Shown here: positions 8,103 through 18,690 of the stretch, piece by piece | Numbering within the stretch: position 1 is the first letter of the stretch | How the letters are laid out: each line of letters starts with the position of its first letter | Source: a virus | Length of the DNA stretch: 64,000 nucleotides | Direction: 5' to 3' (one strand) | Virus record (IMG/VR): IMGVR_UViG_3300005289_000004 | Location: 1-64,000 of that record | The notes under the pieces: model-generated | Databases searched by the model: none | Told to the model about the DNA's origin: nothing | What the model saw: only the letters and a program-made list of their open reading frames with translations | Program-made: the position numbers and the translations under genes

Positions 8103-11100
8103 TTATGTTAATTGAATTGTTGGAAATACTGACCAATTTCCTGTAGGTGAATTATCTTTTTTAATATATGTCTGATTAGCCCCATCTTGAATAACTATTG
8201 TATTTGCTCCTACATTGGGGTATGTGGCATTTATTGTTGCTTTAGTGTAGGGGGTAGATGTAGTGTCTACAATAGTCTTAGTGCTAAATAACACTACCCA
8301 CATTGACCCATCAAAATACATACTAAAAAACATATTTGGCCTTAAGGTATAAGTACTTAAAGCTACTCCATCAACACTAATAGAAGATTCTATTCCAGAA
8401 CCGGGATTACCCCCATTTATAACAAGATTAAATGAACTATTATTATATATAGTATAATTTTTGCCAAGACCTAATGAAATAATAGGGAGTGTTAGAGTTC
8501 TATTTGTAGTTGAAGCAGGACTCATGATATAAATACCAGAAGTACTCAACGTAATAGATGTAGTGAACAAAATTGGTACTTTATCTTTAAATTCAGACTC
8601 CAATGGGGTAATATCTACTAACCTAGTTACTCCTGTTGTAGGCTTCACCTCTTGAGTCATAGAAAGCACTCTATTAGGCGCATTAGTAGTGGAGTCGTCG
8701 TAACATGCAACTACATATTTCCTTACTGTAGATGCTGGGAGCCACAAACACAAACACCCCTCATATATAAATACCGACATATTGATATTCTGTCCAAATG
8801 CAGTCGCTGTAACTGATTTAATCAGATCAGCAACATTATCATTTAACCCTTGCAATGTAAGTCTTCCAACTACAGGACTCGCAGAATGAGTATGATAATA
8901 AACCTCGAAAGTAAAATAAGAGGGCGTGGTAATCAGTATTGATGTTTTAACCAAAGTCCCTAAAGCAGCAAAATTCGTTAAACTGTTCCCGATTCTATTT
9001 CCTGAAACTGGTAAAGTATTGTTCTCAGTACCATTTAATGTACCTTCAAATGCTGTAGCTAGTGTGACCGACCACCCTTTCTCTACCGTTTCTAAAGTCG
9101 CTCCTGTATGGCTTGCTTGTACGTGGGTGATTGTAAGGCTAGTGAAATACCAAGAAGAAGTAAGCTCACCAATGTAAATATATTTTTTACCTGCTGTTGA
9201 ATCAGTGTAGAACCTTACAGGATATTTAATCCCATTGCTTCCGATAAAAGTTGCACCCCTAGACGCCATATTAGAACCCTGTACAGATATATTAAAACCA
9301 ACAGGACTAGCTAGTGCAGAATCAGGATTATACATATTTATAACGCCTGTAATCAGGTACATAACGTTAGCATTGTTTGTTGGCAATGTAATTCTTATCG
9401 CACCAACATCAGCGGAAGTAGCTGCTTTCCATATCCCACCATCAGGATTTGTCATGGAAACTACTTTACCAGAAGTACCAACCGTTCCAATCTCAGCAGC
9501 GTTATGTATTAATCCTTCGTTAATTATGACACCCCGACCTACATTATATGGGAATTTCTTACCTATTGGATTCTCAACCTTAAATAAATCGAAAAAAGCG
9601 TTTCCCAATATGTTACAACCTAAAGCTGTTAAGTGAATGTAATCGTAATAAACACCCTCTCCCGCTTGTGATGGAACTGTATTGAGGGCTTTCTCAGCAT
9701 CAAAGAAGCTACAGTTTTCTTCTATAGCTAGTTCCCTCATTGCATTATTGTAATAAGGTATGTCCTCTCTGCCACTAGGTTCACCCGGCAATGCGGCAGG
9801 GTTTGTGGCTAATATTATTATACAATTTGGGCTAACAGCCCTTACTTCTTTTACTCTTACCCTAAGTAACTCCTTAAACTCGTAAGGATTTGTGTTAAGA
9901 GCCGTTCTACTATCAACAAACTGAATAATGTAGAAATTTGTGTTGAAACTTTTTGCTAGATTAAACCTCTCGTCAGTAGTGATACCCCTTGTAATATTGA
10001 AGCTGCTATTCTTTAATGACGCACTTGAAACAGCTATATTGTTTATTTTAACACCATTTCCAAAAGCAAATCCCGCTACAGCAGCAAAACCGTTTGCAGG
10101 GTCAGTGGGGCTAACTATATTGCTAATAGTAAATGAAACTTCTCTTGTTGCAGGGATATCAACAGTTGTACTCTCTAGTCTGAAAGTTACGTTTGTACTT
10201 GGCTCGACATACGTCAATGGAGCTTTGTATGTATCTATTGTAGTCGTTCCCAAAGATGTTGTTACGTCAAATGTAGGTGCGCTAGCCGAAGACCTTACAT
10301 AATAATATATAGTTAGCTTGTTTAAAAGAAATGAACCTGGCTGTTTTACTGTATAATTTAATGTTGGATTTACAGGAGTTGCTAGATAATGGTAAGGAAT
10401 TAATAGTCTGTTTTTATTTGCTGAATTAGTAACTAGGTTGTTAGAATTGTAAGCGTCAACAACAGGGTATACCGCTTTTTGTAAAGGTATGAAATTGGGG
10501 TCTGTTAGTAGCACACCCATTGCAAATATCATTTGCCCTACTGCGTTAACAAAACCTGTTGCCTCTCCGTATATACCGTCCTCTCCATATCCAACAGCGC
10601 CCGCAGAGTTAGAACTTCCCATTATAGTTATAACAACCCCCTTACCTGACATTAATAGAGATTTTAGGTTTGCTATGTCAGCTTCCCTTGCGAATGAACC
10701 ATCTCTAATAGCTCTTGGAATTACTTCAATATCTTCGTAATCAAAGTATCTGGATAAAGGCATTGATTGTTCTGCGTAACGAATCCACCTTCCTGCTCCT
10801 TTACCTGTGGCTGGGAATATAAGACCATTGTCAACAACTTCTGTCTCGCTAGTGGTGTAATTAAAAAAGCCACCCCGTACTTCATCTTTAACAAATACAT
10901 TGACACTTAACCCTGTATAACTTACTAGATCACTTATAGTGTTAACATTTGTTGTTACTTTAGAATCTAAGTATGTTAAGGTAGCATAGTCAGTTAAATC
11001 TACACTCTTCTCAATTAACCCATCATCACTTAAATCTTCCTCCTTCCACCAATATTCTTTAGTAGTCCCTCCAATTATATATCCCGTACTTAAATCTAAA

Positions 11101-11318
11101 AGCCCTGTCTCGTTGACATATATGCTAAACATCCCCCTACGGAACTCTTCATTGTTAAAATAGCTCTTGACAAAGGTTAGTGATTGAAATGGTCTCCTAA
11201 CAAAACGGTCTGTGTCAGGGTAGGTGGAACGTCCGTCTATAGCATAGTATAAAGCACCAACTGCTCTGGCTAGTACAATAGTGTCAATTGAGGGGTTATA
11301 AGTTAGTGGTGATGCCAT
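8103..11318 (-). CDS. Tail spike with SGNH/GDSL esterase-like domain
   Basis: TIMGSSNSAG (block I), DYIHLTALG (block V), RGGFFNY..DNG..GRWIR head module. Confidence 0.75.
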   Translation of the reverse strand: MASPLTYNPSIDTIVLARAVGALYYAIDGRSTYPDTDRFVRRPFQSLTFVKSYFNNEEFRRGMFSIYVNETGLLDLSTGYIIGGTTKEYWWKEEDLSDDGLIEKSVDLTDYATLTYLDSKVTTNVNTISDLVSYTGLSVNVFVKDEVRGGFFNYTTSETEVVDNGLIFPATGKGAGRWIRYAEQSMPLSRYFDYEDIEVIPRAIRDGSFAREADIANLKSLLMSGKGVVITIMGSSNSAGAVGYGEDGIYGEATGFVNAVGQMIFAMGVLLTDPNFIPLQKAVYPVVDAYNSNNLVTNSANKNRLLIPYHYLATPVNPTLNYTVKQPGSFLLNKLTIYYYVRSSASAPTFDVTTSLGTTTIDTYKAPLTYVEPSTNVTFRLESTTVDIPATREVSFTISNIVSPTDPANGFAAVAGFAFGNGVKINNIAVSSASLKNSSFNITRGITTDERFNLAKSFNTNFYIIQFVDSRTALNTNPYEFKELLRVRVKEVRAVSPNCIIILATNPAALPGEPSGREDIPYYNNAMRELAIEENCSFFDAEKALNTVPSQAGEGVYYDYIHLTALGCNILGNAFFDLFKVENPIGKKFPYNVGRGVIINEGLIHNAAEIGTVGTSGKVVSMTNPDGGIWKAATSADVGAIRITLPTNNANVMYLITGVINMYNPDSALASPVGFNISVQGSNMASRGATFIGSNGIKYPVRFYTDSTAGKKYIYIGELTSSWYFTSLTITHVQASHTGATLETVEKGWSVTLATAFEGTLNGTENNTLPVSGNRIGNSLTNFAALGTLVKTSILITTPSYFTFEVYYHTHSASPVVGRLTLQGLNDNVADLIKSVTATAFGQNINMSVFIYEGCLCLWLPASTVRKYVVACYDDSTTNAPNRVLSMTQEVKPTTGVTRLVDITPLESEFKDKVPILFTTSITLSTSGIYIMSPASTTNRTLTLPIISLGLGKNYTIYNNSSFNLVINGGNPGSGIESSISVDGVALSTYTLRPNMFFSMYFDGSMWVVLFSTKTIVDTTSTPYTKATINATYPNVGANTIVIQDGANQTYIKKDNSPTGNWSVFPTIQLT

Positions 11319-12146
11319 TTATGCAGTTTTGAATTGAATTGTGTTAATGCCTGAATATAATGGGAATAATACCCGTGTGTAATAATACCTGTAAGTGCCT
11401 GACTCTACATAAGCCCTGTATTTAGAATCTGGTATCACTCCATAGTTGTAGTCAATCTGGTTAATCCAAACTGTTTTAACTGGTTCCGATATAGGTTCTC
11501 TGTGTACTAGGTATTTTAAGTTAGCTGATACTGTGAAGTTTATTGTATACTGACTGACTCCTGATGATATAGTTAGCGAGCTAGGTAGAGAAACTGCTGT
11601 TACATTTCCATCTGGATTAGTATCTGTAAACCCAAAGTTAACAACTACGTTATTTGCAACTGTTAAACTTCTACCAACTGGCGAGGCTGCATTGTATGTA
11701 CCATCCCCCGCTTGTGTAGCTGTAATAGTTGTACTTCCAACTCCGACAATATGAATCAAGCCACTTACTATAGTTGCTACTGCTGTATTAGAACTGGAAT
11801 AAGAAACTGGTAATCCTGAGCTAGCTGTTGCGTTAGGTGAGAAGTCTACATCCCCCACTTGTTTGTTAGTTGGTAGTGTTGGGAAAGTAATCGTCTGGTC
11901 TAATTTAATAATTTCTCCACCCCCTATAATCCAGTACAAAATTCTTAGGTTAGCTAATACTGAGTCATCAAATTCATCAAGCTCAACTTTACCATCAAGT
12001 GCAACAAGTACTCTTTCCAGTATCTTTTGATTTTCAGATTTACAAGCACAACCACGTAAGAAGTCTTCCCGTAGGTCTTCATTCATATTTGACAGGTATT
12101 CTTTCCCATCGGCTATAGCTTCTAAAACATAGGTAGGTAATGCCAT
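11319..12146 (-). CDS. Virion protein with Ig-like domain
   Basis: QTITF..ATASSGLPVSYSSSNTAVATI..GSTTITATQAG. Confidence 0.7.
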   Translation of the reverse strand: MALPTYVLEAIADGKEYLSNMNEDLREDFLRGCACKSENQKILERVLVALDGKVELDEFDDSVLANLRILYWIIGGGEIIKLDQTITFPTLPTNKQVGDVDFSPNATASSGLPVSYSSSNTAVATIVSGLIHIVGVGSTTITATQAGDGTYNAASPVGRSLTVANNVVVNFGFTDTNPDGNVTAVSLPSSLTISSGVSQYTINFTVSANLKYLVHREPISEPVKTVWINQIDYNYGVIPDSKYRAYVESGTYRYYYTRVLFPLYSGINTIQFKTA

Positions 12147-12392
12147 TTATGCGTAGTAATTATAAAGTAACTGGTAAGCTATTGCTAGGTCTTTCTTCCA
12201 CTTCTCAGGGTAAGCAGTTTTATCATACAACCTATTAATCATCTGAGCATTGATTATGTCCATAGGAAGTTCTAGTGGATGACGTGTACCAAGATCGGCA
12301 CTTACATCTGAGTACAGCCGAAGTAGCTCTGTCTCTACAGTGGTATAATTAAGCCCTGAATCAGAAAAATTGAACTGAGTGTATGTTGCCAT
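12147..12392 (-). CDS. Hypothetical protein, first gene of the fibre operon
   Basis: Abutting ORF downstream of promoter at 12414. Confidence 0.6.
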   Translation of the reverse strand: MATYTQFNFSDSGLNYTTVETELLRLYSDVSADLGTRHPLELPMDIINAQMINRLYDKTAYPEKWKKDLAIAYQLLYNYYA

Positions 12393-12413
12393 TCTTTGCT
12401 TTTTATATAATCA

Positions 12414-12445
12414 CAAAAGTAGGCAAATATAAAAGAGGTATTTTA
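12414..12445 (-). promoter_or_regulatory. Putative late promoter
   Basis: TAAAATAC-N16-TACTTTTG. Confidence 0.65.
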
Positions 12446-12454
12446 TGAGGCTCG

Positions 12455-13129
12455 CTACTTATTTATGCGAGGGTTCTTAATGAAGTACAATACTGCACCA
12501 ACTATTGCAAGAACTGCAACAATTGCAATAACAGCCCACATCCCTTTAGAAGTAGGTTCTGATTTTTTATCCAATACTACGTGTTTGTCTTCTGATTTAC
12601 CCTTACCTGCGCTATCTAATGTCAACTTATAATTACTGGAATCTTTTTTAGAGGTGTCTATTTTACTGGACGTATTTGAATAATTCTTTTTAATCCTTAG
12701 TTCTTCAAAGGGTATATTCTGACTCTTACCGTTACTGGTAATTTTAGCGGTTAGCTCGTTCCTTTTCTTGTCCTGATAGATTACTACGCTTACCCCATTG
12801 TTGTTTATGTCTACCAGTTTTAATGCTGTGTCTCCTTTTAAAGTAGAAGCTGTGTCTAATCTAAAGGTTGCTGTTAATTCGATAGGAGTTGGGTTAGGAT
12901 TCCCTTTCCTGTACGTTATATCCTCACTTGTTACTGTTGAAGTGTTTTCACTGACGCCTTTGGCTTCTGTAACCTTCACATCATCGACAGTCTTTTTAAC
13001 ATCTGTGTTACTTTCAGTTTTGGTGTAGTCTGACAGTTTATTCTTAGAAGTCGCTTTAAACAAACCGCAACTCCCGTATATAAAGATAACTGCTATTGAT
13101 GCTAAGATTATTAGTAATGTGCGCTTCAT
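12455..13129 (-). CDS. Unimolecular spanin (u-spanin)
   Basis: N-terminal lipoprotein signal (..IYGS|C) plus C-terminal TM followed by basic tail. Confidence 0.75.
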   Translation of the reverse strand: MKRTLLIILASIAVIFIYGSCGLFKATSKNKLSDYTKTESNTDVKKTVDDVKVTEAKGVSENTSTVTSEDITYRKGNPNPTPIELTATFRLDTASTLKGDTALKLVDINNNGVSVVIYQDKKRNELTAKITSNGKSQNIPFEELRIKKNYSNTSSKIDTSKKDSSNYKLTLDSAGKGKSEDKHVVLDKKSEPTSKGMWAVIAIVAVLAIVGAVLYFIKNPRINK

Positions 13130-13431
13130 TTCTTTGGGGTTATTGTAATAGTGCTATTTTTATTTTTAATGTCCAGTAAATCTTTTATCTCCTTATAACT
13201 TGCATCAGTTCTATTTACGATCACTGCTTGCAGACTGTCTTTTTCTTTTCTCTCTTTAACTATCATATTATCTCTAATATTAATTTGTGTTTTGAGATAG
13301 TCTATATCTTTTTTGACATCCTCTAACCTACTTTTGTTTATGACCGCAACATATGACGCAATACTTGATATACATCCCATCATCCATAGGGCTACTTTTT
13401 TATAACTGTCGTTTGTATTTGTATTCGGCAT
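13126..13431 (-). CDS. TM plus coiled-coil protein, possible lysis accessory
   Basis: N-terminal hydrophobic helix, coiled coil, ATGA overlap with spanin. Confidence 0.5.
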   Translation of the reverse strand: MPNTNTNDSYKKVALWMMGCISSIASYVAVINKSRLEDVKKDIDYLKTQINIRDNMIVKERKEKDSLQAVIVNRTDASYKEIKDLLDIKNKNSTITITPKK

Positions 13432-13512
13432 TAAATATTTCCCCGTTTATTTGATGTCTTACAAAACTAGGAAAAATATGTCGTGCTATTATATAGTGGT
13501 GCAAACATCATG

Positions 13513-13788
13513 CTACTTCTTAGTACTCTTTCCGTCCTTGCCATTACGGCCTCTGTTGACCTTGCTACTCTCTAAAACGAGTTTTCCTGACTTAGTGTGC
13601 GACCGATCTTTTCCCATAGCAGTCATCTTTCCGTATGTTCCGGCTTTTCTATTAGCACGATTGGTTTCTGCCCTATTACGTTTCTGTTCTGGTTTTGCAG
13701 AGAACTTTGCATCGTAAGCTAATTTCTTTTTCCTTGCTTCTGGACTAAGCGTACTTTTTCCTTTTCCGGCTAGTTTGTTTCTTGGCAT
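13513..13788 (-). CDS. Small basic HNH-like protein
   Basis: KDRSH..KLVLES..NRGRN; very K/R-rich. Confidence 0.5.
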   Translation of the reverse strand: MPRNKLAGKGKSTLSPEARKKKLAYDAKFSAKPEQKRNRAETNRANRKAGTYGKMTAMGKDRSHTKSGKLVLESSKVNRGRNGKDGKSTKK

Positions 13789-13792
13789 ATCT

Positions 13793-16700
13793 TTATATTT
13801 TTATTTTTCTACGGAATTTAGATTTTGCAATAGCTGCTCCTCTTGAATAAGCTGATTTCAATCTAGGTATCATTCTTTCAGGGTCAGTTTTATCAGTATA
13901 GTTTTTAAGTATTCTTTCCACTAACTTTCTTCTTTCCTGTCCTACCATCTTAGTCAACTCTGACTTTTGCTCCTTATCTAACTTGACTTTAAAATCCTTT
14001 TTAGTGAAGGTGTCGTCTATTGAATTAGGTATAGCTCCGTCATCCCTTGTCTTACGTTGTATGTCAAACACCGCATAAGTAATAGGGTCTTGCAAAATCT
14101 TTTGACTCCTGAATATATCAATTATCTGGTACACGTAAGGATTAGAACCATCTGGTGTTTGTTTAATAGGTTTACCCCACATATCATATTTAATAGGCAA
14201 GTCTTCAACATTACCGACCTTTTCTTTTATGATATTAGCAAATGTTTGTAACTGATCGTCTGTGTACAAATCTCTCATATAATCGTTAGAGGCTCTGAAT
14301 GTCTGAGAAACTGTATTTGGAATCCCCATTGTAACAAAAGTCTTTCCTAGCTGGGGTATTATATTTTTAGCTCCATCAGGTGTAGAGACTGCACTTAGAA
14401 TTGTTTCTGCCCCTTGTACGAATGATTGGTTAAAGAAGTAGCGCATAGCAGCAGGAGCATTTGTTGCAAAATTACCTATGAAATTAAGTGGATTTAAACC
14501 TGCTTCTGGGTAGTACGCTTCTCCTTTAGTGTTAACTACATCTGCTTTCTTCTTTTGTTCCCTTAACTGTTCTCCTTTTGTTGAAGAAACTATACCTATC
14601 TGTGCGCCAATCAATCCTAGTGGTACATAAGATACTACTCTATCTCCTTGTTTATAAGCGAAATCTTCTCCATTTAACAACCTTTTAACTCCATCTACAT
14701 TTATTGTGTTTGGCGGTTGGGTAGCAAACATAAAATCTTTTTGTTTCTTTTGAAACTTGTCTTCTGGTAAATCTCCTGTTGCTAGTCCATTGGCTACTAA
14801 GATTGTTGCTGCACCTAATACTGCTCCACTTACTATAGCTTGACCCATGTGTTCAGAGAAGTCTTTTTGATGCCTACGTATAAGAGTCTCTTTAAGCTTG
14901 CTATCTTTCATCTTATAAGCCTTGGTTAGCTGAGTAGCATCATAAATAGCTTGACTAAAGGGTATGGCAGGAACAGCAAACTTAACTGTCTTTAATGCAA
15001 TAGAGGACGGAGTATTTACAAATGGTAAGATACCTTTCATTATGAACCTGTAACTGGCACTGGCAGTTGTGCCTCCTATTTCCTCTATTCGTTTAGCTCC
15101 GTCCCCGATTAAGCGGTTTATGTTACGGGATATTACGTTCTCCTCTTGGAAAGTAGCTTCTTTACCATAGTTTGTGGCTTCTTCTAAGGATTTGGCATCT
15201 GGTTTTAAAACAAATCGTTCTAGTGCATCTCCCTCTAAACCCTTATCATTCTTACCGATCTCAACAAGTCTTTGTGTTTTAGCTTGCTCAAAGAATGGAT
15301 CATCCCCAAAAGGAAGTAACCTGAACATTAAGTTAGCAGGAACACCAATAGTAGACTCTGTAAAATCTGATAATCCTTGTGACCATCCATACTGATTCTC
15401 CTCACGGGTAGCTGAACTTTTAAGGTTTTCAAACAACCTGTTAAATGCTACTCTGGGTTTTAATCTACCACCTACATCATATTTTGCCAGCTCTGCATTA
15501 GCAGTACCTCTGACAGCTTTACGTGTAGCCCTTTTAGAGCCTTGTACAACAGCTCTACTTCCTAACCTAATGTTATCCGCACTAAGGGTAGGAGACTTCG
15601 TTCTACGGCTTGTAATTAGCCCCACTAGGGCATCAACTGCTGTAGCTACATCGTTCTCTGTACCTCTTAAACCGAATTGCATTAAGTTGGCAAATGGGTT
15701 GATAACAACAGATTTAAAACTAAGTAGGTTTCCCTGTAGTATTTTAGCTAAAGTGTCTGGTAAGTTCTTTCCTCTTATATTGTCAATGTAATCCTCTAAA
15801 TCTCTGATTGCATCTTCGTAAGCTATTTCATTTGCATAGTAATCTTTGTAGTCAGCATCATCTAAAGTTTCAGTTACTTTATTTAATGCTTCCTCTACTC
15901 TTGCAGCCGCTTGCTGTTGATTAGCAAACAGTTCTTTTATTTTAGTCTTTTGAGGTTCGGTTAGCTTCTTATTAACTTTATCTAACCACTTTTCAACAAG
16001 CTGTATGTATCCGTCTGGTGTAGATGATTTAAACTCTCCGTATTGACGTAATGTTTGTGCAGCAACTGTAGCAGACTTAGAGAGGGTTTCAATTATCTTA
16101 CTTGCTTCGTCAAAGTTTCCTTCTGAATTGTACTTGTTAATTAACTCAATACCTGCTAGCACACCAATATTTTGTTCGGATGTTAGTTGAGATGTTACAG
16201 CAGAAAGTTCTCCCACTAACCGTTGTTTCTCTAAATCGTCCATTGTAGACAACCTACTCCTTATTTCCGCATAATCCTGTGTTTGATAAAGCTGTTCTGT
16301 ATTATCTAAAAGTTCTGCTGTCTCTGTAGGTGTTGTTTCATCGGTTCTAACTCTTTCGCCAAATCCACGTACACCGTATCCTAACTGTTCTGCTGACTGT
16401 CTGTAAATATCCCGTAACTGTTCATCAGGAATAGTCTTACCTAAGTCCTGTCTCATCCGATCTGCAAAGTCTTTAAAGCGTATTACTCCTTCTTCTACAT
16501 ACGTAACACCAAGTTCTACTAAATCTTTAATAGCATCCGGGTTTATTCCTGTATTTATGTTAGAGAGTTTATCACTTAGTCTTTTGGTTATCTCTGCTCG
16601 TCTGGCTTGTATTTCGGTTAGCTTCTGTTCTGTAACTGTAAGTCGCTGTTCTGGTACAATTATTTCAGACTCTATATTTGAAGTGTTTTTTGATCTTTCA

Positions 16701-18688
16701 TACTCTTTAAACGATTCAACATCGGCCTCAGACCCCAACTCATGTATTTGCTCAGGATTAAATACCAACACCTCAGGGAACTTTAAGTCATCAGCATAAT
16801 CTTTAGGGTCTAGTCCATTATCTTTAATTCTCTGCTCGTAAATTTCTGGTGTAGCGATTAAACCGTCATAACCCTGATCTTCATACTCCTTAACAAGCTC
16901 TTTACTTGTTTTACGTGTTATCTCGTTAGCATCAACATATTTAGGGTTCTTCAAGTTAACGACAACAGATATTGTTTTACCATCTTCTGAGAAATGACCT
17001 TGTTTAGAGGATGTAAAGTACATTGTTCTACTCTTATCGAAGCTCTTTAAGTCAAAGTCTTTAGTAGTTTGGTGGTACATAACAGCATTAACCTTAGACT
17101 CAGGGAATATGTTCTGAACATACGTTTCATATTGTTTTTCATCCCCAATAGTCTTTATCTCATCTTTACTCCCATAAACATCAGATACACCTGTTATAGG
17201 TTCAGTAGTTGTATTTTCTGCAACAGGTGTAATAATGGAGTCTAACTCTGCCTCAACTTGATTTAACTCTTCTTGTAAGGTAGTTTTAGTTACCTCAGAT
17301 AAAGTTTTATCTTTAAGTATATCGGTTATAGCATCTGCACGTTGTACAAGAATGTCTGTATCGGCTCTCTGCTCTGGGGTTAGTTTTTGCTCTGTTGTAA
17401 CTGCCCCTTCAACTAAGTTAGATAACTCTTCTGTCTTTTGCTCTAATACGTCACTAACAGCATCGCTACCTGTTTTATCTAAGTCAGCTTTAAGTTCGTT
17501 GATTTCAGTGGTTAGCTGCTCTACTCTCTCACGCCCTTGTTTATTTTTAACTGAACCTAGTATATTTCCTGCACCTTGAATACCACTATCCATTACACCA
17601 CCAACTATAATAGCATCAGCCACACCTTGCATCAAATCTAAGTCAGGATTTAAACCGCTATATTTATCAAGCATGTTTTGAGTGAACTGTGTAAGCCCCT
17701 CAGAAGCTCCACCTTTACCAAAAGCTACAGGAATACCGTTCTTAGCGAATATCTTTTTCAAATAACCTTCTGCAAACTCTGTTGCTTTACGTTTGGCTAC
17801 GTCTATTCCATCCCTACCCAAGTCCCGTACAATATCATCTATAATTGCTTTAGAGCCGAATGCTTGTTCAAACACAACTTCACTTAAACCGTTAAAAGCA
17901 GCAACGATTGGTTTTTGATAGTTCTTAATGTCAGGGTTGTCTTCAATCTCTGCTAATTTGTTTGAAGCAAATGGTAGCGCATTTAAAGCTGTTTTGCTGA
18001 TCGTAGAGAGGTTTGCTGCTTGTCCTAGACCTGCTGTAGCATATAGCTGTAGTAAAGACGGTACAGAGCCTGTAATAGCGTTAGCTACCTGTCTTCCTGC
18101 ATCACCTAGTTTACCGTTCTTAATTGAGTTATAAATATCACCTTCAAACTTAGTTACCTCTTTATTGTAAGCCTCTGACTCTCCCCTGTAATGTTGAGAC
18201 ACTTGGTCTAACAGTTTTAATGGGGTGCTTGCTTTTCCTGTTTCGTTTAACAGTTCTGCGTAGGAGGTAGATAGCGTATTCTTTAACTCCCCTTCTGGCA
18301 ATTGGTCTGCTATAAAATTTTGAGGAATAGCTGCTAACTCGTAAACTATTTTTGGAATATCTGCAACACCTGCATAAGCCTTGTTAAGGGAAGATGCAAA
18401 CGTGTTCCAAGTATCTGACCAAAAACCATCATCTTTTTTGGGGGCTGTTATAGCAACTTCTTCTAATTGCTTTGTTCCGTAAGTTGGTTCAGGTTCAACA
18501 GGTGCAGGTGGGGCGATCTTAGTTTCAAAATCTTCGTAACTTCCTAGATCGTACTCTTTACCCACTCCATCATAAAATGCTTTACGTTTTGTTGAGTCTC
18601 CCATCTTACCAGAGAACTCTTCGTAACTGCCAACACTATAATCTTTGGATACGGCTTCATACAGTAATTTTAATTTCTCCTCATCCAT
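13793..18688 (-). CDS. Large internal virion/ejection protein with ART-PolyVal-like ADP-ribosyltransferase domain
   Basis: 1631 aa, helical; MYHQT..MYFTS..VNLKNP..GYDGLI..EVLVFNPEQI. Confidence 0.7.
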   Translation of the reverse strand: MDEEKLKLLYEAVSKDYSVGSYEEFSGKMGDSTKRKAFYDGVGKEYDLGSYEDFETKIAPPAPVEPEPTYGTKQLEEVAITAPKKDDGFWSDTWNTFASSLNKAYAGVADIPKIVYELAAIPQNFIADQLPEGELKNTLSTSYAELLNETGKASTPLKLLDQVSQHYRGESEAYNKEVTKFEGDIYNSIKNGKLGDAGRQVANAITGSVPSLLQLYATAGLGQAANLSTISKTALNALPFASNKLAEIEDNPDIKNYQKPIVAAFNGLSEVVFEQAFGSKAIIDDIVRDLGRDGIDVAKRKATEFAEGYLKKIFAKNGIPVAFGKGGASEGLTQFTQNMLDKYSGLNPDLDLMQGVADAIIVGGVMDSGIQGAGNILGSVKNKQGRERVEQLTTEINELKADLDKTGSDAVSDVLEQKTEELSNLVEGAVTTEQKLTPEQRADTDILVQRADAITDILKDKTLSEVTKTTLQEELNQVEAELDSIITPVAENTTTEPITGVSDVYGSKDEIKTIGDEKQYETYVQNIFPESKVNAVMYHQTTKDFDLKSFDKSRTMYFTSSKQGHFSEDGKTISVVVNLKNPKYVDANEITRKTSKELVKEYEDQGYDGLIATPEIYEQRIKDNGLDPKDYADDLKFPEVLVFNPEQIHELGSEADVESFKEYERSKNTSNIESEIIVPEQRLTVTEQKLTEIQARRAEITKRLSDKLSNINTGINPDAIKDLVELGVTYVEEGVIRFKDFADRMRQDLGKTIPDEQLRDIYRQSAEQLGYGVRGFGERVRTDETTPTETAELLDNTEQLYQTQDYAEIRSRLSTMDDLEKQRLVGELSAVTSQLTSEQNIGVLAGIELINKYNSEGNFDEASKIIETLSKSATVAAQTLRQYGEFKSSTPDGYIQLVEKWLDKVNKKLTEPQKTKIKELFANQQQAAARVEEALNKVTETLDDADYKDYYANEIAYEDAIRDLEDYIDNIRGKNLPDTLAKILQGNLLSFKSVVINPFANLMQFGLRGTENDVATAVDALVGLITSRRTKSPTLSADNIRLGSRAVVQGSKRATRKAVRGTANAELAKYDVGGRLKPRVAFNRLFENLKSSATREENQYGWSQGLSDFTESTIGVPANLMFRLLPFGDDPFFEQAKTQRLVEIGKNDKGLEGDALERFVLKPDAKSLEEATNYGKEATFQEENVISRNINRLIGDGAKRIEEIGGTTASASYRFIMKGILPFVNTPSSIALKTVKFAVPAIPFSQAIYDATQLTKAYKMKDSKLKETLIRRHQKDFSEHMGQAIVSGAVLGAATILVANGLATGDLPEDKFQKKQKDFMFATQPPNTINVDGVKRLLNGEDFAYKQGDRVVSYVPLGLIGAQIGIVSSTKGEQLREQKKKADVVNTKGEAYYPEAGLNPLNFIGNFATNAPAAMRYFFNQSFVQGAETILSAVSTPDGAKNIIPQLGKTFVTMGIPNTVSQTFRASNDYMRDLYTDDQLQTFANIIKEKVGNVEDLPIKYDMWGKPIKQTPDGSNPYVYQIIDIFRSQKILQDPITYAVFDIQRKTRDDGAIPNSIDDTFTKKDFKVKLDKEQKSELTKMVGQERRKLVERILKNYTDKTDPERMIPRLKSAYSRGAAIAKSKFRRKIKI

Positions 18689-18690
18689 CT

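Noticed and set aside
13793-18688. Virion RNA polymerase
   Set aside because: No DxDxD catalytic motif was recognised and the protein is much smaller than crAss vRNAPs.
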